64,000 bases of DNA, taken from contig JAGFIU010000051.1 in the NCBI GenBank assembly GCA_024103355.1, forward strand, positions 19,548 to 83,547, read 5' to 3'. The notes beneath the pieces are model-generated. The model was given only the letters and a program-made list of their open reading frames with translations. It ran no database searches and was not told the origin of the DNA. Numbering within the stretch: the first letter of the stretch is position 1; the number at the start of each line of letters is the position of its first letter. A program made the translations under genes and the position numbers. This DNA comes from Bacteroidota bacterium. GTDB taxonomy: Bacteria > Bacteroidota > Bacteroidia > NS11-12g > UBA955. Positions 1 through 9,094 of this stretch are shown here, piece after piece.

Positions 1-1
1 C

Positions 2-187
2 TATGATTGGAAGAAAATGAATAACAACGGAAGTCCTTTGGTATGGGGGCATCCGCAAGGCCCCACACTTACAAGAGTGATTATAGAAGCACTTGAAGAA
101 GCAGTAGAATTGGGCGGAGGATATGTTTTGGTTTTTGGATGTGCAGCCGGAGATGTTGGTATAGCGTCAATTTTTAAAGTAAACTGA
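2..187 (+). CDS. 3'-terminal fragment (C-terminal ~62 aa) of a thiolase (acetyl-CoA C-acyltransferase); the gene starts upstream of the window
   Basis: Frame-2 translation ...NGSPLVWGHPQGPTLTRVIIEALEEAVELGGGYVLVFGCAAGDVGIASIFKV* resembles the conserved thiolase C-terminus (GHPxGxTG...CxGGGxGxA). The stop is at 185-187, 11 bp before the next gene. Confidence 0.5.
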   Translation, partial: YDWKKMNNNGSPLVWGHPQGPTLTRVIIEALEEAVELGGGYVLVFGCAAGDVGIASIFKVN

Positions 188-197
188 GAGAAGAGAT

Positions 198-2288
198 ATG
201 GGAAAAACAATAAGAAAATCAACAATGGAAGCCCTTGGACTGGGAACGGTGTCAGCGATATTTAACAATGGAAAACTGCCGGTTTCTTTAGAAGAAATGG
301 TGGACAAGGTTTTTGGAGATAAGAATAACCGTGGCGCAATGGTCATTTCCGGAGCAGGTGGAATAGTAGGGGCAGGAAAGGTTATGCAGTTTGCATCACG
401 TTTGATGGATTATAACGTACCCATTATTGCCTTGGATTTGCCGGGCGCACCCGATGGGATTGCAAAACAATACAAAGGCTTGCAGGCTTCTTTTGGTGCT
501 GATGGCGCCAACAACATTATGAAGAACATCATCAAGCTGAATTATGATGGTCAAACCTTGCCTCAATCTTTGAAACAATACAATCCTAAATTCTTATTGG
601 AAGCCATTCCTGAAAGATTAGAATTGAAAAAAGCCCATTATGCTTTGTTCAAAAAAGAATATCCTGAGATTCATATTTGGTCAGTTACTTCAGGTTTCCC
701 TTCCAAAGAATTGGGCGTAGGAATTGCTCACCCGGCATTTCCACACGAAATCAATAAAGTTTTTGAAATAGTGGAGGACAGTACTTCAGCGCAAACACAT
801 CTGCTTTGGGCAATGGGGCTGATTCCAATGCAGGTAAGCGATGATTGGTCTTTTGTGCTGGATGTTTTCTTTTGCGGATTGTTACAGGCAAGCATTCAGT
901 TTTGCAACAGAACCAACACTCCTTATTGGAAAGCGGATAAATATATTCGTCAAATTCTCGGACCCAATCCATTCAGAGCACATGATGTGATTGGAGCTAA
1001 GGGAGCTAACTTCCTTACTTGGTCTTGCCTATACCATTTAGGAAAAGAATATGGCGCTTTGTTTGAGCCTACCGGAGAATTAACCGAAAGAAAAGACAGC
1101 GGTCAAAACTGGTATCCGGCTAATCATTTCAGACCTCTGGTAAATTGGCAATTGGATGAAGAAGAGTCTGAAGAATTAAAATCCATCGTGTATGGTGCTT
1201 TAATTCAAATGACCACCATCATGTTGCATGAAAAACGTACTGATTTGAGTACCATGACTGCAATTGGCGAGTTGTGTGCACAGTTTACAAATGGTATCCC
1301 TGCATTTATTCGTAAAATAGGAAGTCAACAGGCTTTGGAATACGTAAATAAATATCATCAACTTGTACCCAAAGCGGCACAGACAACATGGTATCCCGAA
1401 ACGCTGCAAAATCTCAACACTCCCGAATGGCAACAGCTCTATGTGAATGCAGAGCATGACGGCACACACGGGTTTATTACGATCAGCCGTGAGAGCTATA
1501 ATTATGATGTAAACGAAGAACTTAACCGTGCTATTGACTGGCTGCACAGCGAAGGAATCAAGAAAGTGGTATTGACTTCCGATTTTCATTTTTCTACGCA
1601 AATGGTAGGTGCGGATACTACTGAATTTTTTGTGGCTGTCAATGACAGTCATATTGGAGAGAAAATTTCTTCCGATTGGTCAAAAACAGCACGTAGGTTT
1701 TACCATGAGTTTGAAACTTCAATCGGGTTTGTCAACGGTAAAAGATGTATGGGCGGAATGTTGGAGTTGATGATGCATTGCCAATACCTTATAGCACCCG
1801 ATTATGTCAAATTTGCCATGCCGGAAGTAACACTGCCCGTAATTCCCGGAATGGAAGGCTGTCATTGGGTGTTGCGCAAAACAAATACAGACAATCATTC
1901 TAAAATGCTCGAAATGCTTTTGCATGGTCAACAAATCAATGCCCGGCAAGCACTCGGTTTCCTTGTGGATTCTTCCGGCACTATGAATGATTGCCTTGCC
2001 ATGACAAAAAACATTCTTGAAAATGGAGATACGGCTCTGCCCAAAAGAAAAATTATAGAAAATGCGATACCTCATATTGCATCTGAGATTGAGAAAATCA
2101 AATGGTCAGAAAATCCGCAAATCCTTTCAGCACAAAAAGAAATTGCCGGGTGCGTGATTGCTTCTTGTTCTGCAACTGCTGATGAGGCATTACAAATTCA
2201 AGCAAAGGTTTCTGCGCAGTTTATGTCGGGACAGCTATTTCGCAAAGGAAAGATTGGAATTGAATACGATAAATTTTCAAAAAACTAA
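198..2288 (+). CDS. Bifunctional 3-hydroxyacyl-CoA dehydrogenase (N-terminal NAD-binding domain) / enoyl-CoA hydratase (C-terminal crotonase fold), with the domains in reversed order relative to FadB/FadJ
   Basis: N-terminus has VISGAGGIVGAGKVMQFAS, which matches the GxGxxG Rossmann motif of the HAD family. The C-terminal ~250 aa (…GFITISRESYNYDVNEELNRAIDWLHSEGIKKVVLTSDFHFSTQMVGADTTEFF…) is a crotonase-type fold. 696 aa. Confidence 0.65.
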   Translation: MGKTIRKSTMEALGLGTVSAIFNNGKLPVSLEEMVDKVFGDKNNRGAMVISGAGGIVGAGKVMQFASRLMDYNVPIIALDLPGAPDGIAKQYKGLQASFGADGANNIMKNIIKLNYDGQTLPQSLKQYNPKFLLEAIPERLELKKAHYALFKKEYPEIHIWSVTSGFPSKELGVGIAHPAFPHEINKVFEIVEDSTSAQTHLLWAMGLIPMQVSDDWSFVLDVFFCGLLQASIQFCNRTNTPYWKADKYIRQILGPNPFRAHDVIGAKGANFLTWSCLYHLGKEYGALFEPTGELTERKDSGQNWYPANHFRPLVNWQLDEEESEELKSIVYGALIQMTTIMLHEKRTDLSTMTAIGELCAQFTNGIPAFIRKIGSQQALEYVNKYHQLVPKAAQTTWYPETLQNLNTPEWQQLYVNAEHDGTHGFITISRESYNYDVNEELNRAIDWLHSEGIKKVVLTSDFHFSTQMVGADTTEFFVAVNDSHIGEKISSDWSKTARRFYHEFETSIGFVNGKRCMGGMLELMMHCQYLIAPDYVKFAMPEVTLPVIPGMEGCHWVLRKTNTDNHSKMLEMLLHGQQINARQALGFLVDSSGTMNDCLAMTKNILENGDTALPKRKIIENAIPHIASEIEKIKWSENPQILSAQKEIAGCVIASCSATADEALQIQAKVSAQFMSGQLFRKGKIGIEYDKFSKN

Positions 2289-2291
2289 AGA

Positions 2292-3353
2292 ATGACAGAA
2301 AAGATAAAACAATGGCAAATGACAGAACTGAAAGCCGATTTCAAATTGGCAGTTTCTGATATGCCGCAGGTGAAAGAAGATGAAGCATTGGTAAAAGTTG
2401 CCGGATGCGGAGTTTGCCATACAGATTTGAGTTTTTGGCATGATGGCGTAAGAACAAAAAAGGAATTGCCTTTAACGCTTGGTCATGAAATCAGCGGAAC
2501 GGTTATAGAAGGACCTTCGCATCTCAAAGGGAAAAATGTCATTATTCCGGCTGTATTACCCTGTGGCGATTGCGAATTATGCAACAAAGGCAGAAGTAAT
2601 ATGTGCCAGAATCAATTGATGCCCGGAAATGATTTCCATGGAGGTTTTGCTTCTCATGTTGTTGTTCCGTACAAGTATTTGTGTCCTGTTCCGGATGCGG
2701 TTTTGCAAAAATATCAATTAGAAGAATTAGCAGTGATAGCAGATGCTATTTCAACCCCATACCAGGTTTTGAAAAAATCAGAATTGGAGAAAGGTGATTT
2801 GGCTATTTGCATTGGTGTTGGAGGTGTTGGAGTATATGGTGCATTGATTGCCAAAATTATGGGAGCCAAAGTTTTGGCAATAGATATCAATGATGAAAAA
2901 TTAGAACAAGCCAAAAAGAATGGTGTACATGCAACACTCAATTCAAAAGGTTTGGATAGCAAAGAAATTAAAGCCAAAGTAAAAGAAATAGCCAAAGAGT
3001 TGGGCGCACCCAAATACGGTTGGAAAATCTTCGAGTTTTCAGGTACTACAGCCGGTCAGGATTTAGCGTTTAACCTGCTCACTTTTACTTCAAACTTGAG
3101 TATTGTAGGGTTTACCATGAACAAACTGGAAGTAAGATTGAGCAACCTTATGGCTTTTGATGCCAAGCTCATTGGTACATGGGGATGCAAACCTGAGCTG
3201 TATTCAGAAGTAGTTGATTTGATTGCCTCCGGCAAATTGGATATCAAAGACTTTGTTCAAACTTTCCCGATGAGCCGTATCAATGAAGTTTTCCAAAACA
3301 CTTTAGCTCACAAATACACCAAACGTTCCGTATTAGTACCTGATTTTAATTAA
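2292..3353 (+). CDS. Zn-dependent alcohol dehydrogenase (MDR superfamily). Candidate 6-hydroxycyclohex-1-ene-1-carbonyl-CoA dehydrogenase (Had)-like
   Basis: GroES-like N-terminal domain with GCGVCHTDL and a structural-Zn Cys cluster (CGDCELCNKGRSNMC). Rossmann motif GVGGVGVYG. 353 aa. Starts 4 bp after the upstream stop. Confidence 0.8.
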   Translation: MTEKIKQWQMTELKADFKLAVSDMPQVKEDEALVKVAGCGVCHTDLSFWHDGVRTKKELPLTLGHEISGTVIEGPSHLKGKNVIIPAVLPCGDCELCNKGRSNMCQNQLMPGNDFHGGFASHVVVPYKYLCPVPDAVLQKYQLEELAVIADAISTPYQVLKKSELEKGDLAICIGVGGVGVYGALIAKIMGAKVLAIDINDEKLEQAKKNGVHATLNSKGLDSKEIKAKVKEIAKELGAPKYGWKIFEFSGTTAGQDLAFNLLTFTSNLSIVGFTMNKLEVRLSNLMAFDAKLIGTWGCKPELYSEVVDLIASGKLDIKDFVQTFPMSRINEVFQNTLAHKYTKRSVLVPDFN

Positions 3354-3357
3354 ACAA

Positions 3358-4473
3358 ATGAAAATAGAAATGGAAGCATTAAAAAATCACAATATCGTAG
3401 AAGACTACAACTACACTGACATTCTTTATGAAAAACGTCCTTGTTTAAACACTGACGGAACTCCTGTTGACGGCTTGTACAACGCATGGATTATCATTAA
3501 CAATCCCAAACAGTACAACTCTTACACTACCAAAGCTGTAAAGGAAATTATCCTTGCATTTGGTGAAGCTTCCAATGACAGAAGTGTTGTTGCAGTAGTA
3601 TTTACAGGTGTGGAAGACAAGGCTTTTTGTACCGGAGGAAACACCAAAGAATATGCAGAATATTATTCCGGCAACCCGCAGGAATACTCTCAATATATGC
3701 GCTTGTTCAACGATATGGTTTCTGCCATTATGAAATGTGAAAAGCCGGTTATTTCCCGTGTAAACGGAATGAGAATAGGGGGAGGACAAGAAATAGGAAT
3801 GGCTTGTGATTTCACGGTAGCAAGTGATTTAGCTCGTTTTGGGCAAGCAGGACCTAAGCATGGAAGTGCTGCTATTGGTGGCGCAACAGACTTCCTGCAT
3901 TTGTATGTGGGAGTAGAAAGAGCCATGTATTCACTTTCGTTGTGCGAGCCGTGGTCTGCACATCAGGCTTTGCATTATGGCATGATTACCGACATTGCTC
4001 CTGCATTGAAAGTGGATGGGAAATTTATTGCCAATCCTTTGGTCAATATTGAAAAATATGCTGATGAATATGGCAGGGTAATTTTTGGCGCTATGAAAAC
4101 AGGAGAAGAATTAGCAAAAGGAAAAGAGTTGATGACAAAAGGAGAAGTTGATTTGTCAAAGTTGGATGAATTGGTCAACAAGCTCATTGCAAAATTGCTG
4201 CACACCTTTCCGAATTGCCTGCACAAAACACTTTCTGAAGTGCGCAAGAAAAAATTAGAGCATTGGGATAAGAACAAAGAAAGCAGCCGTGAATGGTTGG
4301 CGTTAAATATGATGTCCGAAGCAAAAGCTGGATTCAGGGCTTTCAATTACGGTCCCAAAAATGACAGGGAAGTGGACTTTATCAAACTCCGTCAGTTGTT
4401 GGCACAAGGACACGAATGGAATGAAGACTTGCATCGTGCTATTTCTCCTCAGTTTAAAACCGAAAACGTATAA
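3358..4473 (+). CDS. Crotonase-superfamily protein with a long C-terminal extension (371 aa). Candidate ring-opening beta-oxoacyl-CoA hydrolase (Oah/BamA/BadI-like)
   Basis: Crotonase core (VVAVVFTGVEDKAFCTGGNTKEY…ISRVNGMRIGGGQEIGMACDF) followed by a ~100 aa C-terminal extension. This size matches ring-hydrolysing members rather than the ~260 aa hydratases. Confidence 0.7.
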   Translation: MKIEMEALKNHNIVEDYNYTDILYEKRPCLNTDGTPVDGLYNAWIIINNPKQYNSYTTKAVKEIILAFGEASNDRSVVAVVFTGVEDKAFCTGGNTKEYAEYYSGNPQEYSQYMRLFNDMVSAIMKCEKPVISRVNGMRIGGGQEIGMACDFTVASDLARFGQAGPKHGSAAIGGATDFLHLYVGVERAMYSLSLCEPWSAHQALHYGMITDIAPALKVDGKFIANPLVNIEKYADEYGRVIFGAMKTGEELAKGKELMTKGEVDLSKLDELVNKLIAKLLHTFPNCLHKTLSEVRKKKLEHWDKNKESSREWLALNMMSEAKAGFRAFNYGPKNDREVDFIKLRQLLAQGHEWNEDLHRAISPQFKTENV

Positions 4474-4475
4474 AA

Positions 4476-5248
4476 TGGAAAAGATTAAACTTACATATTC
4501 TCACAATCATTCTGTTGCCAATATCCTCTTGAATGATGGCAAAGGCAATGTGCTGGATAATATAATGATGTTGGAATTGTTGGATTGTTTCAAAGAATTT
4601 GCAGAAAATAAGCACCTCAAACTAATTACATTTCAAGGTGAAGGAAAGCATTTTTCTTTTGGGGCAAGCGTAGAAGAACATACACAGGAATTTGCCGAAA
4701 TGATGCTCAAAACTTTTCACCGACTATTTATGGTGTTGAAGGATATGGCAATTCCTACAATGGCAAAAATTTCGGGTCAATGTTTGGGAGGCGGAATGGA
4801 GTTAGCAATCTTATGTAATTTCTTGTTTGCAGATAAAACAGCAAAACTCGGTCAACCCGAAATTGTATTGGGAGTGTTTCCGCCACCGGCTTCCATTATT
4901 CTCCCGGAAAAAATAGGGCTTTCCCGTGCAGAAGAGTTGTTGTTGAGCGGTAGGAGTATTGATGCAGAGGAAGCATTGAGAATTGGATTGGTGCACAAGG
5001 TATTTGAAGATAAAGAAGCATTGAACCTGGGTACAGAAGAATGGATTGAAAAAAATATTATTCCTAAAAGCGCATCCTCACTTCGATTTGGTGTGAGAGC
5101 AGCCAGGGCAAAATTCAACCATGTGTTGAGTAATTTTTTACCACAACTTGAACAAATGTATCTAAGCCAGTTGATGAATACCAAAGATGCAAATGAAGGT
5201 ATTACTTCATTTTTGGAAAAACGTCAGCCGGCATGGGTAAACGAATAA
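4476..5248 (+). CDS. Enoyl-CoA hydratase/isomerase family protein (257 aa). Candidate dienoyl-CoA hydratase (Dch)-like
   Basis: Crotonase motifs (KLITFQGEGKHFSFGASVEEH…KISGQCLGGGMELAILCNFLFAD). I prefer the ATG at 4476, 3 bp after the upstream stop, over the ORF-track start at 4361, which would overlap the preceding gene by 113 bp. Confidence 0.75.
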
Positions 5249-5261
5249 AGATGAAAAGAAA

Positions 5262-7088
5262 ATGATAGTAGAAAGTGCAGTCATAAAATTTGCAGGAGAT
5301 TCCGGAGACGGGATACAGTTAGCAGGCACCTTGTTTACTGAAAACGTAGCATTGATGGGCAATGCTATCGCTACATTTCCTGATTTTCCTTCTGAAATCA
5401 GAGCACCACAAGGAACTGTTGCCGGTGTTTCCGGTTTTCAGATTCATTTTGGTACCTCGGGGGTACATAGTCCCGGAGATGCACCGGATGTGTTGGTAGC
5501 AATGAACCCGGCTGCTCTCAAAGCCAATATCCACGCTCTCAAGGCCAATTGTTTGATTATTGTGGATGCTGATTCTTTTGGAAAAAGAGATATTGAAAAA
5601 GCAGGGTTTGACAGTAATCCGTTGGAGGATGGAACATTAGAGGGATATCAGGTGATTGCCGCTCCTATTACTTCCTTAACAAAAGCTTCGGTTGCAGAAT
5701 TGGGATTGGACAATAAATCTGCTGACCGTTGTAAAAATATGTTCACGCTTGGGTTGGTGTTATGGTTATTTAATGAATCCTTGGATAGCACACTTCGATA
5801 TTTTGAACAAAAATTTAAAAAGAATCCCGTCATTGAAGCTGCCAATAAAAAGGCGTTGAATGCAGGATTTAACTATGGGTTAAATACAGAAGCGATTAAA
5901 ACTTCATTTACCGTATTACCCGCACCGAAGGCATCCGGAACTTATCGTAACATGACAGGAAACCAGGCAACCGCATGGGGATTTATGGCAGCTGCAGAAA
6001 AGGCCGGAAGACCCTTGTTTTTAGGCTCTTATCCCATTACTCCGGCAACCGATATTATGCAAGAGCTTACCAAGCACAAATGGTCAGGAGCAAGGGTTTT
6101 TCAGGCGGAGGATGAAATAGCCGGAATCTGTTCTGCCATTGGAGCTGCTTTTGCCGGAAATATTGCTGTTACTACTACATCAGGCCCCGGAATGGCTCTT
6201 AAAACAGAAGCCATCGGTTTGGCTGTGATGACAGAATTGCCGATTGTGATTGTGGATGTACAAAGAGGAGGCCCCAGTACAGGATTGCCTACCAAAACTG
6301 AACAAAGTGATTTGATGCAAGCGATCTGGGGAAGAAATGGAGAAAGTCCCGTGGTTGTGCTTTCTGCCGGAACTCCTTCTGACTGTTTTGATTGGGCTTA
6401 TGAAGCAGTGCGCATTGCCGTTGAACACATGACTCCGGTTTTTTTATTGACTGAAAGTTATCTTGGCAACGGAGCAGAACCTTGGAAAATTAAGAAATTG
6501 GCGGATATGCCTGCAATTACTCCCAGAACCTTAGCAAATCCGGATCCTGCATGGAAACCTTATAGCCGTGATGAAGAAAAATTAGCGCGTTATTGGGTAA
6601 TACCAGGCACTGCCGCTATGCAACACCGTATTGGAGGTTTAGAAAAAGATGAATGTACAGGATGCGTGTCCACCAATCCGCAAAACCATGAGAAAATGGT
6701 AAAAATTCGCAAGGAGAAAATTAAAAAAATTGAAAACTACATACCGCTACAACGATACAAAGGCAAAGATGCCAAAAAGTTATTGGTAGTAGGCTGGGGA
6801 GGACAATTTGGTATATTGATGGGAGCCGTAAAAGAATTGCAGGAAGAAGGGAAAGACTTAGCCTATGCCCATTTTAATTATATCAACCCCTTACCAAAAA
6901 ATACGGCAGAGGTGTTTTCTAAATTTGAAAAGATAATTGTTTGTGAATTGAACGATGGTCAATTAGCCAAATACTTGAGGGCGGTGATGCCTCAGTTTCA
7001 GTATGAGCAATACAACAAGATACAGGGACTTCCATTTACCGTAAAAGAACTAAAAGAAAAATTTACACAACTACTTTCTGAATTTTAA
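5262..7088 (+). CDS. korA: 2-oxoacid:ferredoxin oxidoreductase, alpha subunit (KorA-type)
   Basis: 608 aa. N-terminus GDSGDGIQLAG and the overall layout are typical of 2-oxoglutarate/2-oxoacid:ferredoxin oxidoreductase alpha subunits. The beta subunit follows 2 bp later. Confidence 0.85.
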   Translation: MIVESAVIKFAGDSGDGIQLAGTLFTENVALMGNAIATFPDFPSEIRAPQGTVAGVSGFQIHFGTSGVHSPGDAPDVLVAMNPAALKANIHALKANCLIIVDADSFGKRDIEKAGFDSNPLEDGTLEGYQVIAAPITSLTKASVAELGLDNKSADRCKNMFTLGLVLWLFNESLDSTLRYFEQKFKKNPVIEAANKKALNAGFNYGLNTEAIKTSFTVLPAPKASGTYRNMTGNQATAWGFMAAAEKAGRPLFLGSYPITPATDIMQELTKHKWSGARVFQAEDEIAGICSAIGAAFAGNIAVTTTSGPGMALKTEAIGLAVMTELPIVIVDVQRGGPSTGLPTKTEQSDLMQAIWGRNGESPVVVLSAGTPSDCFDWAYEAVRIAVEHMTPVFLLTESYLGNGAEPWKIKKLADMPAITPRTLANPDPAWKPYSRDEEKLARYWVIPGTAAMQHRIGGLEKDECTGCVSTNPQNHEKMVKIRKEKIKKIENYIPLQRYKGKDAKKLLVVGWGGQFGILMGAVKELQEEGKDLAYAHFNYINPLPKNTAEVFSKFEKIIVCELNDGQLAKYLRAVMPQFQYEQYNKIQGLPFTVKELKEKFTQLLSEF

Positions 7089-7089
7089 T

Positions 7090-8109
7090 ATGGATACATT
7101 ACAATGCTTATATAAACCGAAAGAATACGCAAGCGACCAAGAAGTAAAATGGTGTCCCGGTTGTGGTGATTATGCCATTATCAATGCTGTGCAGAAAGCC
7201 TTTTCAGAACTGAATCTGAAGAAAGAAGAAGTTGCTATTATTTCCGGTATTGGTTGTTCATCAAGATTCCCCTATTATATGGATACTTATGGTTTCCATA
7301 CTATACACGGAAGGCCTGCTGCCATTGCAACGGGTGTCAAACTTGCCAACCCTGATTTGAGTGTTTGGGTAGTAAGTGGCGATGGTGATTCGCTGGCAAT
7401 TGGAGGTAATCATTTTATCCATTTGATAAGAAGAAATATTAACCTGAATCTTTTGCTCTTTAACAATGAAATCTATGGTTTGACCAAAGGACAACATTCT
7501 CCGACAACAAAGAAAGGATTGCATACCAAATCAGCTCCTTATGGCACAATTGAAAATCCGTTCAATGTGGGAGAATTGGTATTGGGAGCACAAGGACAGT
7601 TTTTTGCAAGAGTCCCTGATACGGATGTAAAGTTGATGACAAGTGTTTTCATAGAAGCCGAAAAACATCAGGGAACTTCCATTGTTGAAGTTCTTCAAAA
7701 CTGTGTCATTTTTAATGATGAGACCCATGCTTCTGTTACATCTAAAGAAAATAAAATAAAGAACCAATTGATTTTGGAACATGGAAAGCCTATGCTGTTT
7801 GGAGAAAATAATAGTAAAGGCTTGCGTTTAAACGGTTTGGAATTAGAGGTAGTTACCATTGGCGAGAATGGAATCACCGAAAGTGACATTTTGGTGCACG
7901 ATGCTCATTGTAAATCGCCTGTTTTACATCAGATGCTAATTCAGATGAAACTTCCTGACTATCCGGTAGCAATGGGGTTAATAAGGGATGTGGAATCATC
8001 TGTTTATGATAAGGAATTTCATGGTCAGATAAAGGCGGGGAAGGCAGAAGGAAAGATAAAATCAGTTGACGAATTATTTTTTAGTGGAAATACTTTTCAA
8101 GTAAATTAA
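7090..8109 (+). CDS. korB: 2-oxoacid:ferredoxin oxidoreductase, beta subunit (TPP-binding)
   Basis: WCPGCGDYAI…GIGCSSRF…GDGD TPP-binding motifs. 339 aa. Confidence 0.85.
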   Translation: MDTLQCLYKPKEYASDQEVKWCPGCGDYAIINAVQKAFSELNLKKEEVAIISGIGCSSRFPYYMDTYGFHTIHGRPAAIATGVKLANPDLSVWVVSGDGDSLAIGGNHFIHLIRRNINLNLLLFNNEIYGLTKGQHSPTTKKGLHTKSAPYGTIENPFNVGELVLGAQGQFFARVPDTDVKLMTSVFIEAEKHQGTSIVEVLQNCVIFNDETHASVTSKENKIKNQLILEHGKPMLFGENNSKGLRLNGLELEVVTIGENGITESDILVHDAHCKSPVLHQMLIQMKLPDYPVAMGLIRDVESSVYDKEFHGQIKAGKAEGKIKSVDELFFSGNTFQVN

Positions 8110-8122
8110 TAAACAATATACT

Positions 8123-8470
8123 ATGGCTATCAAAATCACTGAAGACTGTATCAATTGCGGAGCCTGTGAGCCCGAATGTCCAAACAAAGCAATTTTTGCC
8201 AATGGAGAACCCTGGACTATGGCAGACGGTACAAACATTACCTCAGACTACACTTTAATGAACGGGAATACCATTGACCCTTTTGCTGAGCAAGAACCGG
8301 TTTCAACTGAATATTACTACATTGTTACCGATAAATGCACAGAATGTGTTGGTTTTCATGATGAACCTCAATGCGCCTCTGTGTGTCCTGTAGATTGCTG
8401 TTTGCCTGATGAAAATCACAGAGAGTCTAGAGAAGAGTTGGAAGCAAAACAAAAGAGATTACATGAATAA
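8123..8470 (+). CDS. fdx: 2x[4Fe-4S] ferredoxin, Allochromatium (Alvin)-type motif with a long inter-cluster insertion
   Basis: Cluster I is CINCGACEPECP (Cx2Cx2Cx3CP). Cluster II is CTECVGFHDEPQCASVCP (Cx2Cx8Cx3CP). About 50 aa separate the two motifs. 115 aa. Confidence 0.85.
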   Translation: MAIKITEDCINCGACEPECPNKAIFANGEPWTMADGTNITSDYTLMNGNTIDPFAEQEPVSTEYYYIVTDKCTECVGFHDEPQCASVCPVDCCLPDENHRESREELEAKQKRLHE

Positions 8471-9094
8471 ATGAGAAGTTTTCTGCAATATATGAATGAA
8501 GCAGCAGCCATTATTTTGGCCGGTGGGGAGTCCAAAAGAATGGGGTTTCCTAAACTCCTATTGCCCTTTGATAGTGGCAAAACCTTTATTGAGCAGATTG
8601 CAGATACTTATGCTAAGGTTATTCAAGGCGAGGTTATTTTGGTTATTAATGCAGAGGTATTGAAAGCTCACAGTACGTTCTTTTCTCAGTTTAAGGATTT
8701 GATAATAGTCCCAAATCATAATCCTGACCTTGGCAGAACATACTCTATCCAGCTTGGATTGGCGAAGACACAGAAAAGAAAAATTTTTATTCAAAATACT
8801 GATAATCCTTTTGTGAGTGAGAAATCGCTTTTGTCAATGCTTGAATTGGCTTCTAAAGATGCTTATGTTTCTCCGAGAAGTAACGGTAAAGGAGGACATC
8901 CGATTTTAATATGCGGAAATGTAATTGATAAGATTGTCAAGGCAGATTATGATAAAAGTTTAAAGAGCATTCTTGCTGACTCTATGCGTATAGATTGGAT
9001 AACAGATGATGCCTCTATGCTTGTGAATATTGATACTCGCGATGTTTATAAACAGTATTTTCCTAATCTAAATACGGAATTTAACAATGCATAA
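8471..9094 (+). CDS. mocA: Molybdenum cofactor cytidylyltransferase / MobA-like NTP-transferase (MocA-type)
   Basis: N-terminal AIILAGGESKRMGFPKLLLPF nucleotidyltransferase motif. Its start codon overlaps the ferredoxin stop. It sits beside xdhC and an XDH-family enzyme. Confidence 0.7.
   Translation: MRSFLQYMNEAAAIILAGGESKRMGFPKLLLPFDSGKTFIEQIADTYAKVIQGEVILVINAEVLKAHSTFFSQFKDLIIVPNHNPDLGRTYSIQLGLAKTQKRKIFIQNTDNPFVSEKSLLSMLELASKDAYVSPRSNGKGGHPILICGNVIDKIVKADYDKSLKSILADSMRIDWITDDASMLVNIDTRDVYKQYFPNLNTEFNNA

Noticed and set aside
4361-4473. N-terminal extension of the second crotonase ORF as drawn in the ORF track (start at 4361)
   Set aside because: It would overlap the upstream crotonase by 113 bp in another frame. 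The ATG at 4476 (MEKIKLTYSH…) lies 3 bp after the upstream stop and gives a normal-length crotonase.
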